A stretch of DNA of 62,627 nt, filler included, from Collodictyon triciliatum (GCA_043381765.1; 9 parts of 9 records of this genome joined end to end with filler, not necessarily neighbours in it), one strand, 5' to 3'; shown: positions 42,101-56,021, numbered from the whole stretch's first letter. The notes: a model not told the origin generated them from the sequence alone. Made by a program: numbers and translations.

Positions 42101-42350
42101 ATATATCTTGTGGACCGCTTTCTTGCACTGGGCAGTTATGTGGTGCTGGTTCAGTGGAGTGTTGGCATGTGGCTCTGTTGTCTTTGGCTGTGGTCGTTGA
42201 ATCGAGGCGAGGGTTTTCAGTCTCGATTAGCTGCCTTAGTTCATTCAAGCCGGACAAAAGAGTTGCCTTTCGCTGCAGCTTTGTGCGGAGTCCTGCAGTA
42301 CTCAGACAAGCTGCTTTCTTGGCTGACGACTTTGTTGTGGCACGCGGCAT
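39192..42350 (-). CDS. SP-RING (zf-MIZ) SUMO E3 ligase, SIZ/PIAS-like, multi-exon
   Basis: LSLRCPVTLRRINHATRGTLCQHSQ|CFDA...WRCPVCSKP...LRLDPFFQNIL; C-terminal acidic SIM-like CIELMD. Confidence 0.8.
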
Positions 42351-42932
42351 CTTTGCTATGGAGAACGTTTGGAGGAGATGACGTCCCTCGTGCTTGGAGG
42401 CCGTCGGTAGCTTTATTACTTTCGTTTTGACAGAGTGGCGTGAGCACTAAACCTCTGTTTTCTTTTTTCTTCATCTTTTTTTCTTTTTTCTTTTTCTCCT
42501 CCTATTACTCATTTTGTCACTATCTTATATTGTTTTTTCTTTCTTTCCTCTAATCAGCTGCCTATTCTATCGAGATAAAACATAGTCTTGTACTCTTCTC
42601 GTGCGAATATTGCTACCCCCGAGCTGTCTAGCAAATAGACACGATAACGCTCGTCCCAACAGCTTTGTCGCTGCGCAGTTTATTTGGTGCAGTTTTTTTG
42701 TATTGTTTTTCACAAAGAATCAAAAGTCGAATAGTTTTCAAAAATATACGTATACCCTTCTCCAAGAACACTACCGTGTTGAAGTCCTTGAAACAAGTTT
42801 AATTTCCCTTTTCTTTTCTTCTTTCTTCCTGCNNNNNNNNNNNNNNNNNNNNNNNNNNNNNNNNNNNNNNNNNNNNTTAATTAATTAANNNNNNNNNNNN
42901 NNNNNNNNNNNNNNNNNNNNNNNNNNNNNNNN

Positions 42933-45682
42933 GTCTCATGATCCGAAAGAGAGACCTACATTCAGTGAAATAACACGGCAGATAAGTCTTAAAAGAAATG
43001 AATCGGCGTCCAATTCTTTCACCTCTGGTTCTATGACTAGTACCAAAAAAAATTTAAAGACAAAAGAAGTTCCTCCTACTGGAAGAATAGCACTTATATT
43101 TACAGATATTCAGAGCTCTACTTCCCTTTGGGGTAAATTTCCAGAAGATATGATCGATGTGTTGAACCTACACAACGATACTATGAGAGATGTTATTAAA
43201 AGAAACAAGGTTAGATTAATTTGAGCCTCTTAAACAAGTGTATATAATAAAAGAAAACATCAATTGATATACACACATCGTGTAAATTTATTCGGTTCAA
43301 AGTAATCAATTGCTTCCATTATTATATTCTTTTTCCTCAGGGGTATGAAGTTAAAACAGAAGGAGACGCGTTCATGATTGCATTTGACTCAATATTGAAT
43401 GCTGTAAAGTTTGCTTTGCAAGCCCAAGAAATGCTTCTACTAGCGGATTGGCCATCAAATATACTGAATCATCCTTCTACTTCGATTGTTAGAACCCCGA
43501 AAGGGCTAATATTTAGAGGAATTAGAGTTAGAATGGTTGTTAACCCTTTAATATATTAACCCTAATAAATTTATTTCATTAATCACGTCTTTATTGTTTC
43601 AATTTTCCTTCGATCTCTTTTCAAGAACGGAGAGTAAGAATCTAGGCATGATAAATTAAAAATATTTTTCATGTTTTCCTTAAGGGAATACATACGGGTG
43701 CACCTCTATGTAGAGAAGACCCTGTTACTGGTAGAATGGATTACTATGGGCCAGTAGTAAATACAGCAGCAAGGATTGGCTCTTATCCTAAAGGTGGACA
43801 AATCGTTATCGGGGAAGCAGTTTACAATGTCAGTAAATAACCCTAATATATAATTTTTGTAATAATTATTTTATGTTTTATAAATGTAAAATTTTGTAGT
43901 GTAATGTAACTGACTAACGATAAATGAATAGGCCATTTATAACGAACTGAACACTCTTGGTAACATAACCGTAAGAGATCTCGGACATCACGAAATGAAA
44001 GGCCTTGATGCCCCAGAGCATCTTTACGAGGTGGAAAGGCAGTTTTTTTTTGTTTCGTATTTTTTTATTCTTCCTTTCAATTTTGTGCAGGATGGTGGAG
44101 ATGTTGGCTTTGGTTTTTTTTTTGTTTCGTATTATTCATTAATTTTATAAACTAATCCTTTTTCTTTTTTTTAAAAAAAAAGATCACGTCTGAAATACTT
44201 AAAGAGAGAGTAAAGTATTTTTCGGATGAACTCAACCCTTCCTCTGTGTTAATGAGCGATGAGGGAAAAAGAGATGAAACATCCGATGAGGTTTTTTTTT
44301 TAAAAAAATAATAAAAAAAAAATGACCAAATCACAGATTTTTGCTCTATCGGATCCAAAAATGGAATTATTTTTTAACAAAACTCTCATTGTCAAATATA
44401 TAGGATTCTTACCAAATAAGATACGAGGATATAAACATAAGCACGAAAGAATTAGGTTCTGGGTCATATGGAACTGTTTATTTAGGGATGATAGGAGAAA
44501 AAAAAGTTGCCGTGAAGAAATTTATAAGGCAAAAGATGCCAGAGAAGCAGCTTTTTTCATTAATGTCGGAAGTACTTACAATTAAGTAATTTTTTGAAAA
44601 TATAAGACAAACATACATTATTTCAAAAATAATACATATTTATGTACATAACATATGGAATAAAAACGAGTTTCCCGGCTTTTTTCTCGACAAACCCTTG
44701 AACCGAAACAAAAAAAAATGGGCTCTAACCCTTAACCTTTTACTAATATTAAACGGAAAAAAATAGGAGTTTTCGTCATGAGCATATAGTCAATTTCCAT
44801 GGAGTGTGCTTAGAACAACCGAATCTTTGTATAGTCCTAGAATATGCATCATTAGGGAGTCTGTCGACTTTTTTAGAAAACAAATCGGTATTGTCACTGA
44901 TATCTTATTTTAAAATCCTTAAATTGATGTTTATAATAGATAACTCCCCTTTGCTAACATAATAAAAATCCTTTAGAATATAATTACCTTTGAAAAACAA
45001 AAAACTATACTGAGGCATGTATCAAGTGCTATGAAATATCTCCATTCAAGAGAAAAACCAATTTTCCATAGAGACTTAAAAAGTGATAATGTCTTGGTAT
45101 GATTATGTACCATGATTTTTCCTTGTGAAAAGATAATCAAGATAAAAATTTAAAAATTAAAGATAATTAAAAACAATTAGATATTCCAAGATGACCCAGT
45201 GGTAGCAAAAATAACAGATTTTGGATTGGCTAGAGTTAAGGCTAATAACCAAACGATGACAAAATGCGGCACAAAAGCATGGATAGCTCCGGAGGTTTGC
45301 ATTTTCATCCTAAAAATTCTATAAAGAATTAAGCGAAGCTTTGATTTTTATTTTCTTATTTTTTTATTCTTCCTTTCAACTTTTGTGCAGGACCGATTTT
45401 TATTTTCTTATAAAAAAAAAGGTATTGAAAGGCTTGAAGTACGACGAGTCGGCTGATGTTTACAGCTTCTCTATATTATCATGGGAAGTCTGTACAAGAA
45501 AAAAACCGTACGATAATATCGACCCCTTTAAGCTTGCAATGGAAGTGATAAACGGGATCAGACCTGTAATACCGTCTGAAGTTCATCCATTATTATCGAA
45601 AATAATCAAAGACTGTTGGAATAATGATCCAACTAAAAGACCTTCCTTCTCATGGATAGAAGATCAGCTACTTTCAATTTGA
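42933..45682 (+). CDS. TKL kinase - class III nucleotide cyclase - TKL kinase protein, C-terminal part
   Basis: Kinase end DPKERPTFSEI; cyclase PPTGRIALIFTDIQSST...GYEVKTEGDAFM...RVRM|GIHTG...DYYGPVVNTAAR; second kinase LGSGSYG, VAVKK, HRDLKSDN, DFG, GTKAWIAPE, DVYSF. Confidence 0.92.
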
Positions 45683-46857
45683 AACTGACATATAAGATTC
45701 TTGATGGAGGCATAAACAGCCAAGGCTGTAAAGAATAAAAAAAAATCAAGCCGCTATATTTTATTTTAAATAGAAGAAACTATCATTCTTTTCCTTTATT
45801 CGAGTCAAGTGAAGGAACTGATTTAGATGTTTTTTACAGTACGATGTAATTATATGCGCCTCAGTTGAAAGCAGTAATGCGTTTTGGATAAGGGCGCAGG
45901 CCAGCTTGCTACAGAAACGGGATCCATGGTTCATCACCATGCACTCAATAGGGTTGAGAATATATACAAAAGACACTATGACATAAAGTTAACCCTTTTT
46001 TCCGCTATTTGATTCAAACAACACAAAAATAGCCCTTTATAAAATATCCTTACTAAGAATCGAATAAAGGAAAAAAAATAAAATATCCTTACTATAATTT
46101 CCAAAAAAAAAAGAAGTTTTGGCAGATTCTTATTTATGAAAGCCACGAAAAGTAAGGAAGTTCCTGATATTTTTTTATAAAAGACAGTCATTTTCTTACT
46201 TAGCATAATACTAGCACAGGACATAAAAGAAAATATATATAAAAGCAACCTTTCTCCTTCAAATAATGGATTTATCTATCGATACATGTCGAAACAGTAC
46301 CCTTGGTAGGTATATTGAAGTGTTGTCTATTTTATATTATTATAATAGGATATTCCATTAAGAAAGAGTAGAGACGAGATCGGTTAGTAAGTTTGGATTT
46401 CTATACCCTTTCAGGTTCTCGTCGCTTATATGATGAAACATAGGAAGTTTCTCCTTGATAAACATCCTTTTTTCCTTTCGATATATCAATTTTTATCAAT
46501 AAATTCTGTTTTTTTTTTAAAAAAAATTACTTTTGGTAGAATCCGAGAACAGAAAAAAGGCGAGTCGGTGTCCAGATGAATGTTGTAACTAACCCTTTTC
46601 CCATTGTTTGATTAAAACAATAATCATCTTATTATTTTTATGCATAATTCATCTGAAAAAATAAAATGTTAAGAGTCTTTCCATATCATGTTTTTGAAAT
46701 TCCTCTCGCTCTTTGCTTTTTTAGAAAGAAAAAAACGGACTTCATAGTGAGGATGGATATTATGCTAATCCTACTGTATTTTTTTGACTGAGACGTTCCT
46801 TTATTTTCACATACACGGGAATATTATATTCAATTTTATTTAAAATGAAAAGGTGAT

Positions 46858-47700
46858 GAGTCTCGGTGTCTATGGCCTACTCTAAATTCTTTCGACACAA
46901 AACATCGCCATTGACACCCTGAAAAGGTCAAAACATCATTGATGGGATAATCCCTGGGCACAATCCACACCCTGCTCACTGCAAGCTAAATATAAACGAG
47001 GATGTCGCAAGTAATTCCAAATCTTCACTTTCTAATACTTAATTTCACCAATAGGGAGCTACAGACAGTTACAGGCGCAGCAAAAGTTGGCAAAGTCACC
47101 CTAAAATACATACTTTGTAGCAACAGTGATGAATTCATTGATTACACATTTGTGCAATTTCCTTTTACTCAAAATCTTTACGAAACAGCCAGTTAGATTC
47201 TCCGGTCGACATTCAAGACGACTGAAGCCGTTGGTCCAATCCAGGCGATATTTGAGCCTCTACAATAGCTTTGTCCAGATGCGAAAACGCTCCGGACAGT
47301 AACACGAGGTCAATTACTGTCGAATGTAGATAGCACGCAAAATGCTCATACAAATCATAATTCAACAACCAAACACGCATTCCTGATAATAGTCTGGATG
47401 GCATCATACAAAACTCTTTTCTCAGCATCTTCCTTCGCAAATTGCATATTCTTTATTACTCAGACCCAGTAATAAGATACATATGGAAAGTAGCCAAGAA
47501 AGAGATTCAACCACGCATTGCCCGTCACGCAAGATAAAAGGCCCAGACTGCAAGGCAAAAAAAAAACAGGATGCAATTCCTGATTACCGACTACTTCTCC
47601 GCTACCCATTACCCAATAACGTCCACCCAAACAATGACTAGAGAATCATAGAAAATATCCTAATCATCTGGCACTTATTGAAAGAAATAATAATAAAAAA
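46858..47700 (+). mobile_element. Old, diverged L1/Tx1-like ORF2 3' fragment
   Basis: Colinear with 57087-57930, with many substitutions and stops. Confidence 0.8.
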
Positions 47701-48142
47701 ATGGATATCGGTAATTATTCCGAATCATAAGAAAAGTATCAGGGTCGATAACAGATATAATTTAAAATTTAACTTTTTATCAAAATGTTTTATTTTAAGG
47801 CATTTTCTCCAATACCGACTTAAAGAAGATATCACGTGCTTCGAAAACTTATATCGTATAATATCTGGTTTTATTCGGATTGAATTCAAAAGACTTTTGT
47901 ATCTTTTAAGATAAATTGTTTATGAACTAAATTTATTATAAAGGATTTATGGGACTAATAAATTATTCATATTAATCGAATAAGCGACATGATATGGTGA
48001 TCTGCTCCTATCAAATCGTGATCATATTGAAAAAAATTATTGTCTGCATGATTTTGTAACTAATTAGGTCATGAATTTAATCAATCTTATACTTTAACTT
48101 ATGTGAATGCAGATATTTATATAGAAACTTCTCACATAGCTA

Positions 48143-48204
48143 GGCAAAGGCGGTTTCCTCGGATTTGTTTTCTCTCTATAAACTGTTTAAAAGAAACCCA
48201 AAAA
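48143..48204 (+). mobile_element. 62-bp retroposed 3' module with a 22-bp target-site duplication
   Basis: Flanked by ATAGAAACTTCTC(A/G)CATAGCTA at 48121-48142 and 48205-48226; the insert matches the reverse complement of 28061-28123. Confidence 0.85.
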
Positions 48205-49303
48205 ATAGAAACTTCTCGCATAGCTACTAATGAATAATAAAAAAAATACGAGACCAGGAAAAAACGACACATATAAAAATAGCATAAAATATTGCAACTT
48301 GTTTTTTTTTTACTTTTTCACTGTTAGGATACATACGAAAAAAGTTTAATTCATAAATAAATAAAATGCTGATGTCGTTTATAGCCACTTCAGATTACAG
48401 GCCTGATTTTACTCATAATATACAATGGCTTTTTATATGCACTGGATGTGCTTAATTGTGTTTTTCATATGATTCCGTTTTGAATTGAATAAAGTGAAAA
48501 GGTATACATTTTTTACTGGCAATTAATTTTTGAAAATATATGAAATCCAAAGAATACTAGCTAGGGTATTTATTAGGCAATATTATGCTATTATTACTTT
48601 ATTATATTCAAAGAAAATCAGGGATAATGCACAGAAGTGAGATAGGTGCTTAAAGTAAAGAGAAAATACGAGTATGAGATTTCATTATGAAGAATCTGAT
48701 CCCGAAAAGAAATCAGTAATAATTAATTTATCGAGTGGAGGCCCACAAGTGGTGTATTGGTTATGTGGGTAGAATGGTTAAATATTTTATGAGATATTTC
48801 ATGGTACATTCCTGTCTCTATTCTTTTGCAGTCAGATAGATAAGAATGCTGAAAATACTATATCCTATTCAGGGCTACCTCTCATCAACGTATGTAAATA
48901 AAAATCGATATTATGGCCCAGAGTATGTATAAATGTTTTTATTGTGGTTATATTATATATAAAATTCATTTGCGACTCTGTTTAGGAGAGAAAGAGAGTA
49001 AATTGGATGAAAAGCCTCCATTTGCGTATTTATCAGGTTTTTTTAAATTGTAATTGACTATTCGTAAGTATTTTTTTGCTTCTCTTTGTATATACCGGAT
49101 ATTTTTTCAATCTTATTCGGAGTTAGCGTGTTTATTTATTTTAAATCCAAGTTTTTTCAGGTATAATGAACTATTCTGAGTCATTCTTATTTAAGACTGT
49201 ACTATAATGCATAAATACCATACATCAGATTGAATTTTTGTAAAAAAAAATTACGTGTCTTATACGAATCTGCTTTTATCAATAAAAGAAAAATCTTCAA
49301 AAC

Positions 49304-49428
49304 CTACATACATACATACATACATACATACATACATACATACATACATACATACATACATACATACATACATACATACATACATACATACATACATACA
49401 TACATACATACATACATACATACATACA
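49304..49428. repeat. (TACA)n microsatellite at contig end
   Basis: Visible array. Confidence 0.95.
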
Positions 49429-49957
49429 NNNNNNNNNNNNNNNNNNNNNNNNNNNNNNNNNNNNNNNNNNNNTTAATTAATTAANNNNNNNNNNNNNNNN
49501 NNNNNNNNNNNNNNNNNNNNNNNNNNNNTTTTTTGTTTTTTCCTATTTTTCTATTTTTCTCTATTTTTCTGTTTCTTTATTCCTTTTTTTTTCTTCGGTC
49601 TTATTCAACCTGTAAATGGATTAACTTCATTGCAAAGATTGTGACGAACTTTGTTTTATCCGTTTCAAGGCACAGCACTTTTTATACAACGAAAGTGTAC
49701 CCATATAAATATATAGCAGTTTATTACACAGACAACCATGGAAATAAAATCTGGGTTGAGAAAAGCAGGAGCTTTGATAAATCCAAGAATCAATCTGAAT
49801 AATATAATAATAATATTAGTATATATTTAGATTAAAAATACTTCATAATATCATTCTATTCCTGTAATCAATTAATGTTTTATTTATGTTATTATTGTTT
49901 CGCATTAAAATTCAATATGACAAACAAGCCGATGCCTTGACCAGACAGAACCCACCC

Positions 49958-52098
49958 TATAAACCTGCCACCAAACATGCATTTCAAAAAAGCATACTAT
50001 TCACACATGCGTCGGTAATCATGTTGTTTGGGGCCGATATATTGACTTTCAGTCGCAATGGCTATACGGCCGTCCTTTCGAACTCGCCGAATCAGCTCTC
50101 AGGGTCTTGTCTCAAATCACTCATAAAAAAATTTGTGTGTCTGTTTACCACAAAGCGCATATTTTGAAAGCCTCGGTAGATGCTTAATTTTACATAAATT
50201 GATTTTATGCAGTTTTATTAAATCGACTTATAGATTGACTAAAGTATTATTAAAATTGAAAACTCGGTAGTTTTCTAAAGGAAAAAGTAAAACAAAGACT
50301 TTCAGACGAAGAAAAGAAAACGTCTTGAGTCTGAGAATATAAAGTCTGTAAAACCAGACTGTCGAAATGTGATAACATCTCAAAAGTCGATTGTAAAGAA
50401 TGCGGGTGACTATTAAAAAATCAACGGTACGGTTTTATTGTGTCATAATTTGGTTACCGACACTTATCTGTTTGCAAGATGTTACATATTGAAATCACAA
50501 CAACTCCCAACAATCGATGAAATGTTTTTTGTGTGCCTTAAAGACAGTCGGAGTAGTTTCACAAGATAGATACGCAAGTTTAAAACATCCAGATACGACC
50601 TTATATATTATGAATTTTATCTCAATGATTTTCGATTCCTTTTGTCCCGAGAAGAACGCTTTCCGTTGGTTGGACTGTCTCATGTATTACCGTACTTGGC
50701 GAAACAAATGTTAACAGCTTATCATAATAACATTAAGGAGCATTTTGTAAAGAGGCTAGTGCGCTTTATAAATCAAACAGTTCCTTTGAATCGAATAAAG
50801 GAAAAAAAATCAAACAGTTCCTATATATGAGAATATGACAGAAGCTATTAAAAAGGCAGAGTTACGAAAGTTTTAAAAAAAAGCCATCTTCAAGAAACTC
50901 GAAATACCGAAGAATATAAAAGATGGACTATAACGCATTTGCATCGTATCATTCCCAGCGATATTGTAAATAGTATCGAATATCACAAAGTCAATCCAAA
51001 CAAGTACATTACATATCTGATTTACATGAATCGCATTTTTGAGGACATTGGAACCAAGCTACTACAACCAATCATTACAAGATATACAATATGCCATGTC
51101 ATATTACTATAGATACTGCATGTTTGATATATCTATTAGTATCATCTGCAAAAAAATCATTACTGAAGAATATATCAGGATGCAAAGAGACCCTATGGTA
51201 TGATTTCTTTGGAATGAAGAAGAGGGTCTTTCATCAAAGAGACTACAATTTTAATGCATGATATAAACAGACAACTTGGCGGTGTCATCATTGTTTGAAA
51301 AGAAAGCTATTTCAAATTCAAAATTCAAATATAACCAAAAACCCAAGAATGTATTTATATAGATGAACTTTCCAAAGCGCATTTATCTTTATTGGCGCAA
51401 AGAAATAGTTGGGGTGGACGCAGGCAAGTTTAATTTGGTATACATGGTGGATGGGACAGGCAAGAAATTACATTATACGGCACACCAAACAAGACATGAT
51501 AGCAAATCTCTTGAAAATCACAAAATACTCTTGCGCGAGAAAAAAAGTACAATGCCTCAGGGGTATACATGGCAATAGGTTTACAAAGTGCTATTTCTTT
51601 TGGTCACAGGACTTTTGAAGAGAATCAGCAGTTTGAGACACCAAGAGTATCTTTAGTCGATTTAGAGACAGAACTGAGTAAACATAATTCATGTACCGTC
51701 AATTATGAAGAATTTCGAAAATAAGTATCTATGAAATAAAGATACCAGATAGAATTTTCCAGATTTTATGAACACGTAGCCTTTTGAAAGATGATATGGA
51801 GACAGTATGTTCATACAAAAAGAATTGAACAATTGTTTATGGGCCGAATCAAAAAGACATTTGGCAAGGATGTTATACTGGCGTAAGGAGACTGGAGCAA
51901 ACAAACTGTATTCTTGACAAGGGACTTTAACAGCACTCAAAATATATACTCAAGAAAGTTCCTTTAATACTTCAAAAATATACATACACCTCTTTTTAAA
52001 AATAGGCTGTTGGGTCTTTCTTGGAAGCCTTCACCACTACACGACCCCTATGAAAAAAGTTATGAGACCTTGGATACAGCGAACGAAGTTTACCAATC
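49958..52098 (+). mobile_element. Fanzor1-type element, copy B (pseudogene with internal deletion)
   Basis: Colinear with 6601-8955. Keeps IVGVDAGKFNL, GDWS and TRDFNS but lacks the EFRTSK and Zn-finger block. True 5' end unknown. Confidence 0.85.
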
Positions 52099-52494
52099 TT
52101 TATATTAGTTTACTATATAAATATAATTAAACTATATATGTAGTCCTATTGAAAATTAGACGAGTTCTGCGTTTCTCAGAGAAAAATGTATAAATTCCGC
52201 ATTAGAATAAAACGATTGAATGTTTATGTGGTCACGTGGGCTTATAAACTTACTTGACGGCCGACATGTCATTCTATTCCTTGCGTCCTGGTATATAGAA
52301 AGTGCACGATCGTCTCTGTAAGACCACGCATCCGACTCTAGACATGCACAAGCACCATCTCACACCGATCTTCATAGACTGGATTTGTATTTTTGCTCAA
52401 CAAAATCATTTGCATATTTTTTTTTTTTTATCAGCTTTCCACACCGCCTAAACCATGCTCGACCAAAGTCGCAGAAAAGCTGAGTTCTCTCAAG

Positions 52495-55400
52495 ATGTCC
52501 AATCTGACTGCTCGTATGGAGGAGCTTCGGAAATTAACTGGAGATGACAGCATCTCAGTGTTGCTGTGTCGCACACAACTGAATCTCGGATATAAAAATC
52601 TTACCTCTGTCCCACAAGGAGTCTTTGACTTGGGCCATTCAGTCAGATTTCTGGATCTTTTCAGCAATAGGCTGTCATTGCTGCCCCCAGAAGTGTCGCG
52701 ATTGGCGGGTCTCACATACCTTAATATTCGCTCCAACCCAGTATGGCTCAATTATCGTTTGTATGCCTCTATGTTTGCCTATTTGTTTAGTTGTTATAAA
52801 CACTTTGGTATTTGTCAGCCATACCGCAAAATAATGTGAGCCAACAATTCTCATAGATGGAAGCGCTCCCGTCACAAATCACAGCGCTTACAAATCTAAA
52901 GGTGCTTGTGATTAACAATGGCAATATGCAGACGATAAGGAAAGCACCCCGAGGTATTACCAACCTCCCGTGCTGGAGCAACTCTGGACAATACGATTTT
53001 CAACATATAAGGGACCTGGAACTGTATGACCATGTGAGTGATACAGAGTCGAGTATGAAATCTGTTGTAATATATTATTATGATCACTTTTGCTTTGTTC
53101 TGCAAGCAACTAACCTACCTGTTTGATAGGTGGAAACCGTACCTGTTGTCACAATAGCAGAGGTGGTCGGAACGAGTACAGAAGTCAGACAGGCTAACGA
53201 AAATAGGAAAACTCAGAGGGCTCGTAAGTTTGCAGACACTGAAGAGACCCCAAAGACTAAGAAAGCCATGCTGGACAAAGACGCTCAGCAAAGTTTGATG
53301 TCTGAAAGAGAGGTAAAAAAAAAAAAGAAGAAAAAACTCCCAATAATACGACTATGTGCAAAGAGCATGTTATAAAAGTATCAGAATTCTGACGTCCTCT
53401 TCCCATCTTCCTGAAAATAGATGCGGTATGTTCAAACTAAAGTGACTTTCCATCCAGGTTTGATTCTAAATATCTTGTTGGAAATATTTAAATATAACAT
53501 AAAATAAAACTAGACATGCTCACACACGTTGCATAGACCCAACAAAGACAAATCATAGACCCTTTTCAGAGGGTGAAATATTTACCTTACAGTCACCTAT
53601 AGCAGGAGGGTAAGTTTGAAATGATGTTTGATAATAAGAGTTCATACAATGCATTTTGGATGAAGATGTCTTCATATATATAATCGAAACGGAACAGGGC
53701 ATTCAAGGTCAAAAGCAGCGACGGAGACTTTTACATCGACCAGGCACATGCCAAGGTGCTAAGTCCAGGGTCTTGCGGAAATACATCTCCTAAGGGTAAA
53801 ATCTCATCTTCTTACTAGTCTCTTTTGAGGCATTATTTCAATGTCATTCTAATCATAATATTACTTACCAGACCAAAACAAGAGAAGGCATAAACTGGCA
53901 CATAGGAAAACGATGGTAGATAAACAAAGTCATAGTGGTGCTCCTCAAGCAAAGACCATGGAAATTGTGGTAACATCCCATTAAATAACTGGCAGATACA
54001 TATGAAACCACAGGCCACATGCCTAAAACACTCATTTCAGAACGAGCAAGAGGCCTATGTCACCGAGATCGAAATCAACGCCTGCCTCAGCGGAACCCTA
54101 TGCAGTGTGTGCATCGCCAAACATAACAGTCCAAGTCTCTTGCCATGCCAGCACGCATTCTGTTCCGATTGTATCAGGACAGTTATCGCTAATTCAAACG
54201 AAGAGCCACCGATTAGATGTCCGGTATGTGACGAGCCTGCCTACGTGGATATGAACACAGTAAGTGAGCTAAAACAATTAGACTACGACGTAGCCTCCTT
54301 AGGAGGAATGAGCGTTGCCATGAATACAGAAAAGGACCTGGGAAATGTCACAGTGCTTAAATGCAGAGGAAGAAGTTGTCAAAACGATGCCACGAATTAC
54401 TGTGTTGTCTGTGGTGAAAAAGGTGTATTCTGTGAAACACATAGTGATATGCACGTAGATGTCAATGAAGAAAATCACATCATGAAGTAATTATTTGATC
54501 ATTATTTCACCAGAATTGAACCTAATTGTCCCATACAGATGTTATATTCTATCAGTTTGATGATTGATTACGTCTATTTCTATGGGTTTTTTTTATATTA
54601 AAAACAACAACAACAATCAGGAATCTCGTTTTTGGGACTGTACCAAATGTAAATACAGAGAAATGCCCAATTCATAAAAGCAATTTGATTGAATTTTTCT
54701 GTCCATCTTGCCCTGAGTCCCCATTGAAGTGTGCCAAATGTGCCTTAGAGGACCGTAAACACCTGGACGATCACAAAGAGCTCGGAAAGCAGAAATTATA
54801 TGCCAACACTGTCATATGTAATAAAATAGAAGAGCTCTGTGAGTCTGAGAGAAAACTCGGACCAAATATAGAGTTCGTCGAGAAGCAAATAAGAGAGGTT
54901 ACAATTTTGGGTTTTTTTTTGCACTACAAACAAATAGGAAACAATGATAAATACGTATAGAAACAATATTAAATAAATTTGTTCATCACAAGATGTATAA
55001 AAAATACATCAATTTTATTAACTGTGTCACATAATATCAGGTTATCAAGCACCACGAGCAGAAAACTTTGGAGCTAGACGATTATATCAAAAACCTTGAG
55101 GCCATACTTCAGCAATTCAAGACAAAGTCAAAAAAAGAAGTACATAGCCATTCTTTTTTTTCAATTACTATAACAGTCAGGATATGTTTTTTTTTCTTCT
55201 AGTTTTATTTTACTCACTTAATCAAAAAACTAGAATCATCAACGAGGAAGTAGAGTAACAATGTTTTTTTTAAATATATTATTACCCAGCTCGAAGCGTT
55301 GAATCAGTCCGCACTCGCACCACTGAAGGACTCACACAATCAGCTTTTAACTGTAATGCGCCGAATCCACATCGCCAAGCGAACCCTGCGCAAGCTGTTT

Positions 55401-56021
55401 GAAAAGCCCGAAGGCGAATGCTCACTGGTTCAGATGAACAACGCACTGCGCTTCGCAAACCAAGTCCTTTATTCCAAACAAGACACGCTAATTGAAATTG
55501 CCCCCCTTAGCTTCGTCTCGAGACTGCCACGAAGCATCCTGGAAGACCTGGGCAGCTTGAACGAGACATTCATGTTTGGGCTTGGTTCCACCAGCCCGGA
55601 AAACATAGAAATCGGGATTAGGCACGCCAGGATTGATTCTTTTCATTCGATTATCACATTACCCAGGAGTATCGAATCCATCCCCACTGTTTCGATCGAC
55701 TCTTCGACTGGTGGTGCCCGAATCGAGTGTCCGTGGGCGGTTTGTGTGCACCCACAGAATGGTAGGATATATGTCACAGATGAAGATCTGCAAAAAGTCC
55801 ATATCTTCAACAACGACCTCAGCCATGTTTCATCCCACCACACCGGACTCATCATCCCAAAGGCTCTTCACGGGCCAAGAGGAATCGCCATCTCCAACGA
55901 TGGCCTCATTGCGGTTGCAGACTGCGAAGGCCACTCTGTGAAGCTCTTCACCGACCAGCTCACGCTTGTCAAGACCATCGGCGGAAAGAAGGGTAAGGAG
56001 AACGGCCAGCTCAATCGCCCA
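52495..56021 (+). CDS. LRR + RING + B-box + coiled-coil + NHL protein, partial (may be two genes)
   Basis: LRRs (FLDLFSNRLSLLPPEVSRLAGLTYLNIRSNP); RING CSVC...LPCQHAFCSDC...CPVC; B-boxes; NHL PRGIAISNDGLIAVADCEGHSVKLF. Confidence 0.75.

Noticed and set aside
45761-46620. Possible minus-strand exons downstream of the kinase gene
   Set aside because: Short open stretches with no recognisable motif; I could not build a supported gene model.
50252-50259. Mimivirus early-promoter octamer AAAATTGA just upstream of the Fanzor ORF
   Set aside because: Copy A has a variant (AGAATTGA), and the octamer occurs several times elsewhere in this AT-rich window, so it is not discriminating.
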